Shown one piece after another: positions 1 to 7,980 of a stretch of DNA of 64,000 nucleotides. Numbering within the stretch: position 1 is the first letter of the stretch; the number at the start of each line of letters is the position of its first letter. The stretch comes from a virus: positions 32,001 through 96,000 of IMG/VR virus record IMGVR_UViG_3300029305_000264; one strand, given 5' to 3'. The position numbers and the translations under genes were made by a program. The notes below the pieces were generated by a model that had not been told where the DNA came from, ran no database searches, and worked only from the letters and a program-made list of their open reading frames with translations.

Positions 1-63
1 AACATACAAACTTGCACATAATGCGATTTTTAAATACTGGCGGTGTTCTAGGGCTTTATAGCC

Positions 64-1497
64 TTAGAAACGCCAGTGTATTTGTATATCTTCCCCATCA
101 ATAACGATGTGGTCTATCAGTTCAGATATTGCCGTGTGTGTCGCGTAGCAGTCACCCGATTCTACCACACTTTCGAAAGCATCAACAACCGAAACGATTT
201 CTTCCTTTGTGATTGTCGGTGCGATTTCTTCGAGGTTTTCCAGTTCAGCTTCCAAGGACCGCTTTTCATCGTTCAGCGGATTCATTTTCGCTTTTACCAC
301 GGATAAATCAATTCCATCCATCGTGTACAAGTCCATCAATTTAGAAACTTGGCTTTCGATTTGTTCAATACGCTTCCGAAGCATCTTTTGCTTCGCGGAT
401 GTATCGACACTTTCCCGAAGTTCTTCGATGTATGCAGGTTCCGATTTCAAACGGCGGATTTCTCCGAAAATGATTTCTTCAAGTTCATAATCGCGGTAAG
501 TCTTATTTTTGCAATTCGGATTTTTCACTAATTTCGGATCGCTTTTAGACCTGCTATAACAAATATAATATCCGCGTTTCTTTCCCCATTTATCCCTTCC
601 GTTTGTTCTCCAATGGTATTTTGCCGTACAGCATCCGCACCATATCATGCCGCCGATGGGCGTTTTGTACCGTTTCCCCGGTTTGTACTTCTCGTTTTCC
701 TTGTCGCGTTCTGCCATAAGAGCCACGGCGCGTTCATAAGTCTTTTCGTCAATAAATCCATCGTGCAAGCCTTCGTATACTTTGCCCTTGTGGACTATCT
801 TTCCGATGTATATAGGATTCAGAATCAATTCCCGGATTGTTTGTCCTTGCCATTCTCCGTACTTGGTGCGATATCCTTTATCGTTCATAATCTTTGCGAT
901 TGAGTTTACCGGGGTGCGGCGCAGGAATAGATTATAAACTTCCTTTACCTGTTCCGCTTCGTATTCGTTTATTATGAGTTCTTCCGTTTCCTTATCGTAC
1001 CGGAAGCCGATAGGCACATTTCCGCCGCCTTTGTATTTACCTTCCTTGGCGCGCCCTTCTTTACCGTCAATCATTCTTTCCTTGATTCGGGAGCGTTCTA
1101 ATTCCGCAAAAACTGCGAGGATGCCCACCATAGCTTTTCCGAATGCGCTTGATGTATCGAATGATTCTGCCCTTGAAACAAAAGCCACATTCTGCGGTTC
1201 GAAAATCTTTTGAATCATATATAGGGTGTCAAATTGGCTTCGGGAAAGTCGGTCCAATTTATCAACAAGAATCATATCCGGGTGCAGTTTTGCGATTTCT
1301 TTAAGCATTTGTTTTAATGCCGGACGGTCCATAGTTCCGCCGGAATGCCCATCTTCAATATATACTTTGATAACTTCATATCCCATAGCTTCACAGTATT
1401 TTTGTAACCGATCCACTTGTTGCGGTATGGAGTAGCCTTCTTCGACTTGCAAAAGCGTTGATACACGCACATATATAAATACTCTTTTTTTCTGCAT
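64..1497 (-). CDS. int: Large serine recombinase (prophage 1 integrase)
   Basis: 477 aa. N-terminal resolvase motifs (VFIYVRVSTLLQ, DRLSRS), recombinase domain, Cys-rich zinc ribbon and C-terminal coiled coil. Clear paralogue of 39638-41149. Confidence 0.9.
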   Translation of the reverse strand: MQKKRVFIYVRVSTLLQVEEGYSIPQQVDRLQKYCEAMGYEVIKVYIEDGHSGGTMDRPALKQMLKEIAKLHPDMILVDKLDRLSRSQFDTLYMIQKIFEPQNVAFVSRAESFDTSSAFGKAMVGILAVFAELERSRIKERMIDGKEGRAKEGKYKGGGNVPIGFRYDKETEELIINEYEAEQVKEVYNLFLRRTPVNSIAKIMNDKGYRTKYGEWQGQTIRELILNPIYIGKIVHKGKVYEGLHDGFIDEKTYERAVALMAERDKENEKYKPGKRYKTPIGGMIWCGCCTAKYHWRTNGRDKWGKKRGYYICYSRSKSDPKLVKNPNCKNKTYRDYELEEIIFGEIRRLKSEPAYIEELRESVDTSAKQKMLRKRIEQIESQVSKLMDLYTMDGIDLSVVKAKMNPLNDEKRSLEAELENLEEIAPTITKEEIVSVVDAFESVVESGDCYATHTAISELIDHIVIDGEDIQIHWRF

Positions 1498-1565
1498 GAT
1501 TTTTTTCTCCCTTATGTTCTAATATGGTTCTATGGTGCATACATTTTTACTGTGAATTATTTCCA

Positions 1566-1594
1566 TTTACTTTTAAATATTTTGTGAATATAAT
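1566..1594 (+). promoter_or_regulatory. Candidate sigma-A promoter for micro-ORF 1647
   Basis: TTTACT, 17 bp spacer, TATAAT (1589-1594). Confidence 0.3.
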
Positions 1595-1646
1595 GTTTTT
1601 GATGATTTCAGAACATTCGTTCCGTCCCCGGCGAAAGGAGCCTGCC

Positions 1647-1745
1647 ATGAAAGAAGAATACATACAAAAAATTGTTGAATTACTTGAAAGGTGCAACGAC
1701 ATTCCGCTTCTTGATTTAATCCTCAAATTACTTCAAAAAAGCTGA
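1647..1745 (+). CDS. 32-aa helical micro-protein, convergent with the repressor gene
   Basis: ATG preceded by GGAG. Sequence MKEEYIQKIVELLERCNDIPLLDLILKLLQKS. A positional and pattern counterpart lies at 41290-41391. Its 3' end overlaps the repressor 3' end by 18 nt. Confidence 0.4.
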   Translation: MKEEYIQKIVELLERCNDIPLLDLILKLLQKS

Positions 1746-2108
1746 TAGCATTTGCCGGACTGCGGCGAACTTCGTTTCATCCAATGAATGCAAATCTTCC
1801 ACAACAGACATAAAATCCGAATCCATCCGCAGGCGAACCACGATATCCGCAAGGGCATTGTTTTCTGCCTGCATTTTTTTATGTTCTTCGCTTTTTTCTT
1901 CTATCAAATCCGATTTTAATATCCCGAAATAGTTTGCAAGTATTTCTATCTTATCTATCCGGGGATATTTCTTCGCTTTGATCCAATCGTTGAAAGTGGA
2001 TGCCGCAACACCTGCCACTTCCGCCACTTCCTTTTGTGTCTTTCCCGATATCCTCACATAATACGCGAGGTTCTTTGCCATTGTTTCTTTATTTCCTATG
2101 TTACTCAT
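1728..2108 (-). CDS. XRE-family CI-like repressor
   Basis: 126 aa with HTH KTQKEVAEVAGVAASTFNDWIK. AGGGAG RBS. Divergent from the cro-like gene across the operator region. Confidence 0.8.
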   Translation of the reverse strand: MSNIGNKETMAKNLAYYVRISGKTQKEVAEVAGVAASTFNDWIKAKKYPRIDKIEILANYFGILKSDLIEEKSEEHKKMQAENNALADIVVRLRMDSDFMSVVEDLHSLDETKFAAVRQMLSAFLK

Positions 2109-2149
2109 ATAATCACTCCCTTCTTTTGTGGGTAATTATATATTACACC

Positions 2150-2254
2150 AAATTCGCCCTAAAGTAAATTATTTTTTGAAAAAAATTCGCTAAAAGTGTT
2201 GACAAAATTATTTTAATATAGTATTATCATTCTTGGAAATTCGCTTAAAGCGAA
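2150..2254. promoter_or_regulatory. Three operator-like repeats (AAATTCGC..TAAAG)
   Basis: Copies at 2150-2164, 2183-2196 and 2237-2250. The third extends to the palindrome TTCGCTT-A-AAGCGAA (2240-2254), just downstream of the -10. Confidence 0.5.
2199..2227 (+). promoter_or_regulatory. Early rightward promoter
   Basis: TTGACA (2199-2204), 17 bp spacer, TATTAT (2222-2227), upstream of the cro-like gene. Confidence 0.6.
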
Positions 2255-2278
2255 AAACGAAAGGGGGTGCATCATAGT

Positions 2279-2485
2279 ATGCCGAAAATTACACTGAAAG
2301 CCGCAAGGGTAAACGCAGGACTTACACAAAAGGAAGCGGCAAAGAGAATCAATGTAAGCAATAAAACGCTTTGTAATTGGGAAAGCGGAGCATCAATGCC
2401 GAAGGTTGATAAGATTGATGCTATTTGCGATTTGTACAATATCGCATACGATAACATTATTTTTTTACCTAGCAATTCGCTTTAA
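2279..2485 (+). CDS. Cro-like XRE HTH protein
   Basis: 68 aa from ATG 2279 (AAGGGGG RBS 11 nt upstream). HTH LTQKEAAKRINVSNKTLCNWE. Confidence 0.75.
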   Translation: MPKITLKAARVNAGLTQKEAAKRINVSNKTLCNWESGASMPKVDKIDAICDLYNIAYDNIIFLPSNSL

Positions 2486-2502
2486 GCGGATTTAAAGCGA
2501 AT
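2475..2502. promoter_or_regulatory. Perfect 11-bp inverted repeat carrying the operator half-site
   Basis: ATTCGCTTTAA, GCGGAT spacer, TTAAAGCGAAT. It overlaps the cro stop codon. Confidence 0.5.
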
Positions 2503-2520
2503 AAGGAAGGAGCAGGCGGC

Positions 2521-2685
2521 ATGGTTTATCACCACTTAAAGGATGGAACAATCACGAAAGACATTAGCGGAGTGACGGTGCCGCGAGAGATTACAGAAAG
2601 ACTTATTGACATTGCAAGGAATGCAAGAAAGGAGTGCAAAGATGGGAAAGGAAATGACACTTGCGGAAGCAGTAAGAAAGAATGA
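2521..2685 (+). CDS. Small hypothetical protein (54 aa)
   Basis: ATG after GGAAGGAG. MVYHHLKDGTITKDISGVTVPREITERLIDIA.. aligns with the prophage 2 ORF 42152-42310. Confidence 0.4.
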   Translation: MVYHHLKDGTITKDISGVTVPREITERLIDIARNARKECKDGKGNDTCGSSKKE

Positions 2686-2791
2686 GGTTTTCGGTTATGA
2701 GTTTTTAATCGAGAACGGAGAAATCACCGGGGCGAATATTGAGGTTAAAGGAGAGGAAATATTCATCCCGGCGGAGTGGGGGTGCTTTTAA
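2642..2791 (+). CDS. Small hypothetical protein (49 aa)
   Basis: AGGAG lies 9 nt upstream of the ATG. MGKEMTLAEAVRKNE.. matches prophage 2 ORF 42270-42380 (MAMTLEEAVKAY..). Overlaps the previous ORF, and the same arrangement occurs in prophage 2. Confidence 0.4.
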   Translation: MGKEMTLAEAVRKNEVFGYEFLIENGEITGANIEVKGEEIFIPAEWGCF

Positions 2792-2985
2792 TGGGAATCC
2801 CGGACAATTACAGCGAATGGGAGCGACACGATGCGGAGCAGGAAGCGGCATTGCACCTGCTTCCGGTATGCAGCGAATGTGGCGAACACATACAGGCGGA
2901 AACCTGCTTCGTGGTAAATGATGAGATTATCTGCGAAGAATGTATGGAACAATTCCGGAAGTATACGGATGATTTGATGCGATAG
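2791..2985 (+). CDS. Small zinc-ribbon protein
   Basis: TAATG start overlap. Contains RHDAEQEA..LP.C.EC....C.EC. Homologue at 42531-42728. Confidence 0.5.
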   Translation: MGIPDNYSEWERHDAEQEAALHLLPVCSECGEHIQAETCFVVNDEIICEECMEQFRKYTDDLMR

Positions 2986-3102
2986 GGCATGAAAGGAGTA
3001 TATAAGGAATGATTCCCGACAATTACCGATGCGATGGGCAAATGAGCATTTTTGACTATTTACCGCAAAAGCAGCCAAGCGTTACGGAGAAAGGAGCAGA
3101 CG

Positions 3103-3339
3103 ATGAGCAAACAAACACAGACCGGGGATGTGCTTGCACATCTTATCAAACATGGAAGCATAACGAGCATCGAAGCAATTCAGAAATACGGATGCACCCG
3201 GTTGTCGGCAAGGATTTTCAATTACCGAAAGAAGGGGTATGAAATCGAAACCAAAAGAATCACGGTAAAAAACAGATATGAAAACGCGGCATCGGTTGCC
3301 GTGTACACGCTGATTTCAACGCCGGAAAAGGCAGGATAG
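3103..3339 (+). CDS. Winged-helix/HTH DNA-binding protein (HTH_39-like)
   Basis: AAAGGAG RBS. The motif LIKHGSITSIEAIQKYGCTRLSARIFNYRKKGYEI is typical of that phage HTH family (recalled). Confidence 0.5.
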   Translation: MSKQTQTGDVLAHLIKHGSITSIEAIQKYGCTRLSARIFNYRKKGYEIETKRITVKNRYENAASVAVYTLISTPEKAG

Positions 3340-3466
3340 GGGGTGAAGTGATGGCGGTTCCGGTACAGATTACGGCGATTATATGTATCACCTTGGTTGC
3401 GCTTTGTATTTTAACCAAGGACAACAAAAAGGAAGATTAAAAAAAGAGATAAGGAGTGTATGAGAA

Positions 3467-3673
3467 ATGGCAGGAACAACAATGACAATTAGTAATGGTG
3501 AGGGCGTATTGGTCCCGGTGTATGAATATGAGCAGTTGGTGCGCGACAGTGAAAGATTGTCGGTAGTGAAGAATTTGGTTGCAAATTCAAGTTATGTTGG
3601 CAAGGGTGATTTGCTTTTGGTCCTTGGTGTTGAGGAAGAACCGAAGGAGCAGGAAAAGGCAGGTGAGGAATAA
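3467..3673 (+). CDS. Hypothetical protein
   Basis: 68-aa ORF with coding-like composition, tightly packed in the early operon. Confidence 0.4.
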   Translation: MAGTTMTISNGEGVLVPVYEYEQLVRDSERLSVVKNLVANSSYVGKGDLLLVLGVEEEPKEQEKAGEE

Positions 3674-4134
3674 TGAATTTATTTGAGATTGATGCGGCAA
3701 TCCTTGATTGCGTGGATGTAGAAACCGGAGAGGTATTCGATGTGGACCGCTTCGAGGAACTGGAATTGACAAGGGAAGCGAAGATCGAGAATATCTGCCT
3801 TTGGATAAAGAACCTTAAAGCCGAAGCGGAAGCGTTAAAGGCGGAAAAGGATGCCTTTGCACAGCGGCAGAAGGCGGCGGAAAACAAGATGGAGAGTTTG
3901 AAGCGGTATATCTCCGGATATCTTGACGGAACGGCATTCGAGAGTGCGAAGGTAAAGGTTTCTTTTAGAAAGTCAGAATCTTTGGAAATTTCAGATGTAT
4001 ATAGAATCCCGGAAGATTTCTTGAAGTATCAAGAACCGTCCGTGGATAAGGCGGCATTGAAGAAGGCAATCAAGGATGGCGCAGCTATTGAGGGCGCGGA
4101 GATTGTCGAGAATTACAACATTCAGATTAAGTAA
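3673..4134 (+). CDS. Siphovirus Gp157-like protein
   Basis: 153 aa. N-terminal MNLFEID..L......TGE followed by a coiled-coil segment, as in the Gp157 family. Sits directly before the annealing-protein gene. Confidence 0.55.
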   Translation: MNLFEIDAAILDCVDVETGEVFDVDRFEELELTREAKIENICLWIKNLKAEAEALKAEKDAFAQRQKAAENKMESLKRYISGYLDGTAFESAKVKVSFRKSESLEISDVYRIPEDFLKYQEPSVDKAALKKAIKDGAAIEGAEIVENYNIQIK

Positions 4135-4147
4135 AGGGGGCGGCATT

Positions 4148-4672
4148 ATGGATTTGAAGTTTAGAACACTGAATGCAAACGAGATTGATTGCCGGGTGGC
4201 AACCATCAATCAGAAGGGCTTATCACTTCTTTTGTATAAGGATGCGCGAGTAGATCAGAACATTCTTGATGAAACAGTCGGTCCTATGAACTGGCAACGG
4301 CACCACAGCCGCGACAATGCAAACTGCACCGTTGCCCTTTGGGATGAAGATAAGCGGCAGTGGATAGAGAAGGAAGATACCGGAAAGGAATCTTTCACCG
4401 AAGCTGAAAAGGGGCTTGCATCCGATTCCTTCAAGCGTGCCTGCTTTAATTGGGGCATCGGGCGTGAATTGTATTCCGCACCGTTTATATGGATTTCTGC
4501 CGAAAACGCGGATATCAAACAGGGCGGAAGCGGCAAGTACCAGTGCTACGACAAATTCGCGGTGGAGCAGATTCTTTATGACGAAAGCAGGAACATTGTT
4601 GCACTGTCTATCAAGAACACATCCAAAGGGAAAAGGGTGTTTTTGATGGATAACAGGAAGAAGGATGCGTGA
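4148..4672 (+). CDS. Rad52/Sak-like single-strand annealing protein
   Basis: Motifs YKDARVDQNILDETVGPMNWQ and SDSFKRACFNWGIGRELY match the Rad52_Rad22 pattern (recalled). Confidence 0.6.
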   Translation: MDLKFRTLNANEIDCRVATINQKGLSLLLYKDARVDQNILDETVGPMNWQRHHSRDNANCTVALWDEDKRQWIEKEDTGKESFTEAEKGLASDSFKRACFNWGIGRELYSAPFIWISAENADIKQGGSGKYQCYDKFAVEQILYDESRNIVALSIKNTSKGKRVFLMDNRKKDA

Positions 4673-5217
4673 TGGAGTTTACCGGAAAATTAGTCGGCAT
4701 CACGAAGAACTGGCAAACAGACAAGTTCCAAATCACCTTCACGGTGAACGAGCATTCTGCAATCCAAGCGGCAAATGATATCCAATCATGTGAACGGTTG
4801 AGTATCCGCGCTGTGAAGCACCGGGCGAAGCGGTCCTTGGATGCAAACGCTTTATTGTGGGTATGCCTTGGAAAGATTGCGGATGCAATGGAAACACCCA
4901 CGGACAAATGGGAAATATACCTGCGGATGCTTAAACGGTATGGGAAGTATACGCATATTTGCGTGAAACCGAATGTTGTTGATGCGGTAAAGGCGCAATG
5001 GCGCGAATGCGAAGTGATCGGGGAAGTGAACATAAACGGACAGAAAGCGGTTCAGATGCTTTGCTATTTCGGAAGCAGTACATACGATACAAAGGAGTTC
5101 AGCCGCCTTCTTGATGGCGTGATTTCCGAAATGCAGGAAATGAAACTTGAAACGCCTGCATCCGAGGATATGCGCCGGGCGTTGGAACAATGGGAGAAAA
5201 TGAGCAATGGAAATTAG
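4672..5217 (+). CDS. NinB/Orf-like recombination mediator
   Basis: KRSLDANALLWVCLGKIA resembles lambda NinB RSLDQNRKLWACLGDV. TGATG start overlap. Confidence 0.45.
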   Translation: MEFTGKLVGITKNWQTDKFQITFTVNEHSAIQAANDIQSCERLSIRAVKHRAKRSLDANALLWVCLGKIADAMETPTDKWEIYLRMLKRYGKYTHICVKPNVVDAVKAQWRECEVIGEVNINGQKAVQMLCYFGSSTYDTKEFSRLLDGVISEMQEMKLETPASEDMRRALEQWEKMSNGN

Positions 5218-5656
5218 ACCAATTACATTTAGAGAAGCGTGCGATTTTATCAATAAGCACCATAGACACCATAAAGCAACGGTTGGATGCAAGTTTTCAT
5301 TAGGGCTGTATAAAGAAGAAAAATTAGTTGGTTGCGCTGTGTGCGGCAGACCTGTATCAAGGCACTTTGATAATGGAATCACTTGCGAGATTAACAGACT
5401 ATGCACGGACGGAACATATAATGCCTGTTCTATGCTGTATGGGGCTTGTTGCAGGGTTGCAAAAGAAATGGGTTACACGAAAATCATTACATATATTCTC
5501 GAAAGCGAGAATGGCGCAAGTTTGAAGGCAAGTGGCTTTATATGCGAAGGGAAAGCAGGCGGAACACACTGGACCGGAAAACGAAACAGAGGGCAAGAGA
5601 TACCAAGTGAATTTAAAACAAGATGGGTTCGCATTCTTAGAAAGGGCGAACAATGA
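5207..5656 (+). CDS. Small GNAT-fold-like protein (XF1762-family-like)
   Basis: 149 aa. Contains FINKHHRHHK, GRPVSRHFDNG, CTDGTYNACSMLYGA and GYTKIITY. Family name recalled, not searched. Confidence 0.45.
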   Translation: MEIRPITFREACDFINKHHRHHKATVGCKFSLGLYKEEKLVGCAVCGRPVSRHFDNGITCEINRLCTDGTYNACSMLYGACCRVAKEMGYTKIITYILESENGASLKASGFICEGKAGGTHWTGKRNRGQEIPSEFKTRWVRILRKGEQ

Positions 5657-5940
5657 AAAGATTACATAGTGTATTTACCGATGATATGGACCATTGCATG
5701 TTTACCGGGAGCGCCCCGGTGGAACGGCATCACATTTTTGGTGGAAGCAACAGAAAGAAATGTGAGAAATACGGCTTTATTGCCCCATTAAGACCGGATT
5801 TGCACCCAAACGGAGTATTTGCCGGGAAGGATGCAAAAGGCGTTGATTTGGCACTAAAAACAAAGGCACAAGCCTATTATGAAGAACACTACGGAACGAG
5901 GGAAGATTTCATCCGTGAGTTTGGGAAATCGTATTTATAA
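5653..5940 (+). CDS. Small HNH/NinG-like motif protein
   Basis: 95 aa. ATGA-coupled to the upstream gene. Contains ERHHIFGGSNRKKCEKYG..L.PDLH. Confidence 0.35.
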   Translation: MKRLHSVFTDDMDHCMFTGSAPVERHHIFGGSNRKKCEKYGFIAPLRPDLHPNGVFAGKDAKGVDLALKTKAQAYYEEHYGTREDFIREFGKSYL

Positions 5941-6088
5941 GCCCACAACAGCTTGATACAAACCGTCTGCAAGCTGTTTGGAATATGCACCACTTCTGAT
6001 TTTGCATATCACATCCGGTGCATTTGGTTCTACAAAACTATTCAAATCTCCCTACGGCTGTCAACCGTGGGGAGAGAAAGGAGAAAAC

Positions 6089-6691
6089 ATGAATCCCAAC
6101 ATTGCAAGGGTTAAGGCAATAGAGAAAAAGAACAAGGAAAGATTGCGCGCGATCAATCCGGCACTGGATGAAGGAAGCGGAATATACTTCCTGCTTCGGA
6201 ATGACGAAAGCGGCATCCGGTACGCATATATCGGGCAGGCGAAGCATATTTTGACACGCCTTGCACAGCATCTTGTCGGATATCAGCATATCGACTTGTC
6301 ACTGAAAAAGCGCGGATTGTTTGCGGAAGGCAATCCCTGCGGTTGGAAAGTTTGTGCAATGCACTTCCCGGAATCACAGCTTGACGAAAAGGAACAGCAC
6401 TACATACAGAAATACGCTTTAAACGGTTATCAGCTTTTAAATAAGACCGCAGGCGGACAAGGGGAAGGGAAATCACAGATTCACGAATACAAGCCTTCTA
6501 AGGGGTATAGAGAGGGTTTAAAGCAGGGGTACAAAAACGCAAGCCGGGAGATTTCGAATCTATTTGAAAAACATTTGAATGTATCACGGAAAAGTGAGAA
6601 ACCGAACAAAACACAGGAAAAGGCACTTTTGAAATTCAATGATTTTTTGAATTTTCATAAGGTGGAAAGTGAGGAGCCGGAAAATGATTAA
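6089..6691 (+). CDS. GIY-YIG nuclease-domain protein
   Basis: GIYFLLRN..IRYAYIGQAKHILTRLAQH followed by E..YI.KY..GY.LLNKT. GGAGA RBS. Confidence 0.6.
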   Translation: MNPNIARVKAIEKKNKERLRAINPALDEGSGIYFLLRNDESGIRYAYIGQAKHILTRLAQHLVGYQHIDLSLKKRGLFAEGNPCGWKVCAMHFPESQLDEKEQHYIQKYALNGYQLLNKTAGGQGEGKSQIHEYKPSKGYREGLKQGYKNASREISNLFEKHLNVSRKSEKPNKTQEKALLKFNDFLNFHKVESEEPEND

Positions 6692-7139
6692 GGAGTGTGG
6701 ATTTTGCGGAAAGCCTTTCGAGGTTGACGAAAAAAACCATGACGAAGTAAGAAGAAAATATTGCAGTGAAACTTGCCGATGCGGTGCAAGAAACAAACAG
6801 AACGCGGAGCGAATCAAAATCGGAAAGAAACAGTATAATGTCGAATGCGAAATCTGCGGAAAAGTGTTCATGACAAACAAATCAATAAAGTATACTTGCA
6901 GTCCGGAATGTAAGCAGAAACGGCATAATCTCATGCTAAGGAAAAACAACCAAGCGCGCCGGGAAGCAATAAAGAACGGCACCATTCCGAAGCCAGTGCG
7001 GAAGAAGCAGAAGAAGGTTGAAACACTTGCCGAGGTACAGCGGAAGGCAAGGGAAGCCGGAATGAGTTACGGACAGTATGTGCAGGCGGAGTACATAAGA
7101 AGAATGCAGGAAGGGAGAATGAAGGATGGCGGAGCGTAG
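6684..7139 (+). CDS. Double zinc-ribbon protein with C-terminal GMSYGQY motif (paralogue A)
   Basis: Two CxxCG..F...(K)YCSxxC units and the C-terminal REAGMSYGQYVQ. Paralogues at 8704-9126 and 50766-51227. Confidence 0.6.
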   Translation: MIKECGFCGKPFEVDEKNHDEVRRKYCSETCRCGARNKQNAERIKIGKKQYNVECEICGKVFMTNKSIKYTCSPECKQKRHNLMLRKNNQARREAIKNGTIPKPVRKKQKKVETLAEVQRKAREAGMSYGQYVQAEYIRRMQEGRMKDGGA

Positions 7140-7980
7140 AATGTTTACAAAGAAGGTTACGGATGATGATAATTTCATGGCGTTATCTTCATCGGCGCAG
7201 GCATTATATCTCCATTTGTCAATGAGTGCGGATGATGATGGATTTTGCAATCAAGTATCAATATCCATGTTCAAAGCGCATGCAAGCGTGCAAGACTTAC
7301 AGGCACTTTTAGAGAAAAGATATATCTATCAATTCGAAAACGGTGTAATTGTTATAAAGCATTGGAGAATGGCAAACGCGCTAAGAAAAGACAGATATAC
7401 ACCAACAGCATTTCAAGAGGAATTGGCGCATTTGGATATCAAAGAAAACGGCGCTTACACTTGGTTGCCAAATGGTTGCCAAGTGGTTGCCGAACGGTTG
7501 CCACAGGATAGGATAGGTAAGGATAGTATAGGTAAAGATAGTTTAGTAGATATTATTCCGGATTCTGCCGAACCGGAACCACCTGCCCCGAAAAAGAAAC
7601 CTGTCAAGCATAAATACGGTGAATACAAAAATGTACTTCTTACCGATGAGGAAATGGAAAAGCTGAAAGCAGAATATCCGGACCTTCCGGATCGTATCGA
7701 AAGACTTTCTTCCTATGTGGCATCAACCGGAAAGAGTTATAAAAGCCACTATGCAACCATCCGGAATTGGGCGCGTAAGGATGCAGAGAAACCGGGCAGA
7801 AAAGAAATCGTTCCTTCGTGGATGAACAAAAAGAATCAGTTTAATAATTTCCCGGAAAGACCTTCGGAAGATATAGGAGATTTGGAAGCGGCATTGTTGG
7901 GAGCCCCAAAAACAGCGGCGAATGATGAAGAAATCCGCAGAAGGGCGCAGGCATTAAAAGAACAATTTGGGGGTGCATGA
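7126..7980 (+). CDS. Phage replisome organizer
   Basis: N-terminal MFTKKV.DDDNFMALS..AQALYLHL...ADDDGF matches the replisome-organizer N domain. DnaD-like C-terminal ATIRNWARKD. Confidence 0.65.
   Translation: MAERRMFTKKVTDDDNFMALSSSAQALYLHLSMSADDDGFCNQVSISMFKAHASVQDLQALLEKRYIYQFENGVIVIKHWRMANALRKDRYTPTAFQEELAHLDIKENGAYTWLPNGCQVVAERLPQDRIGKDSIGKDSLVDIIPDSAEPEPPAPKKKPVKHKYGEYKNVLLTDEEMEKLKAEYPDLPDRIERLSSYVASTGKSYKSHYATIRNWARKDAEKPGRKEIVPSWMNKKNQFNNFPERPSEDIGDLEAALLGAPKTAANDEEIRRRAQALKEQFGGA
7462..7542. repeat. Iteron array (putative ori of prophage 1)
   Basis: TGGTTGCC at 7462, 7473 and 7484, and CGGTTGCC at 7495, giving an exact 11-bp period. These are followed by GGATAG/ATAGGTAA repeats at 7506-7542. 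Confidence 0.55.

Noticed and set aside
1-63. Attempt to define attL/attR cores by matching 1-63 with 38589-39637
   Set aside because: Serine-integrase att sites share only a few bp. I found no convincing shared repeat, so the boundaries are left as inference.
3009-3242. 77-aa ORF overlapping the HTH gene by 140 nt (possible +1 fusion)
   Set aside because: Only the downstream frame shows a recognisable HTH family pattern. I saw no shift-prone site. It is probably a short or spurious upstream ORF, left unannotated.
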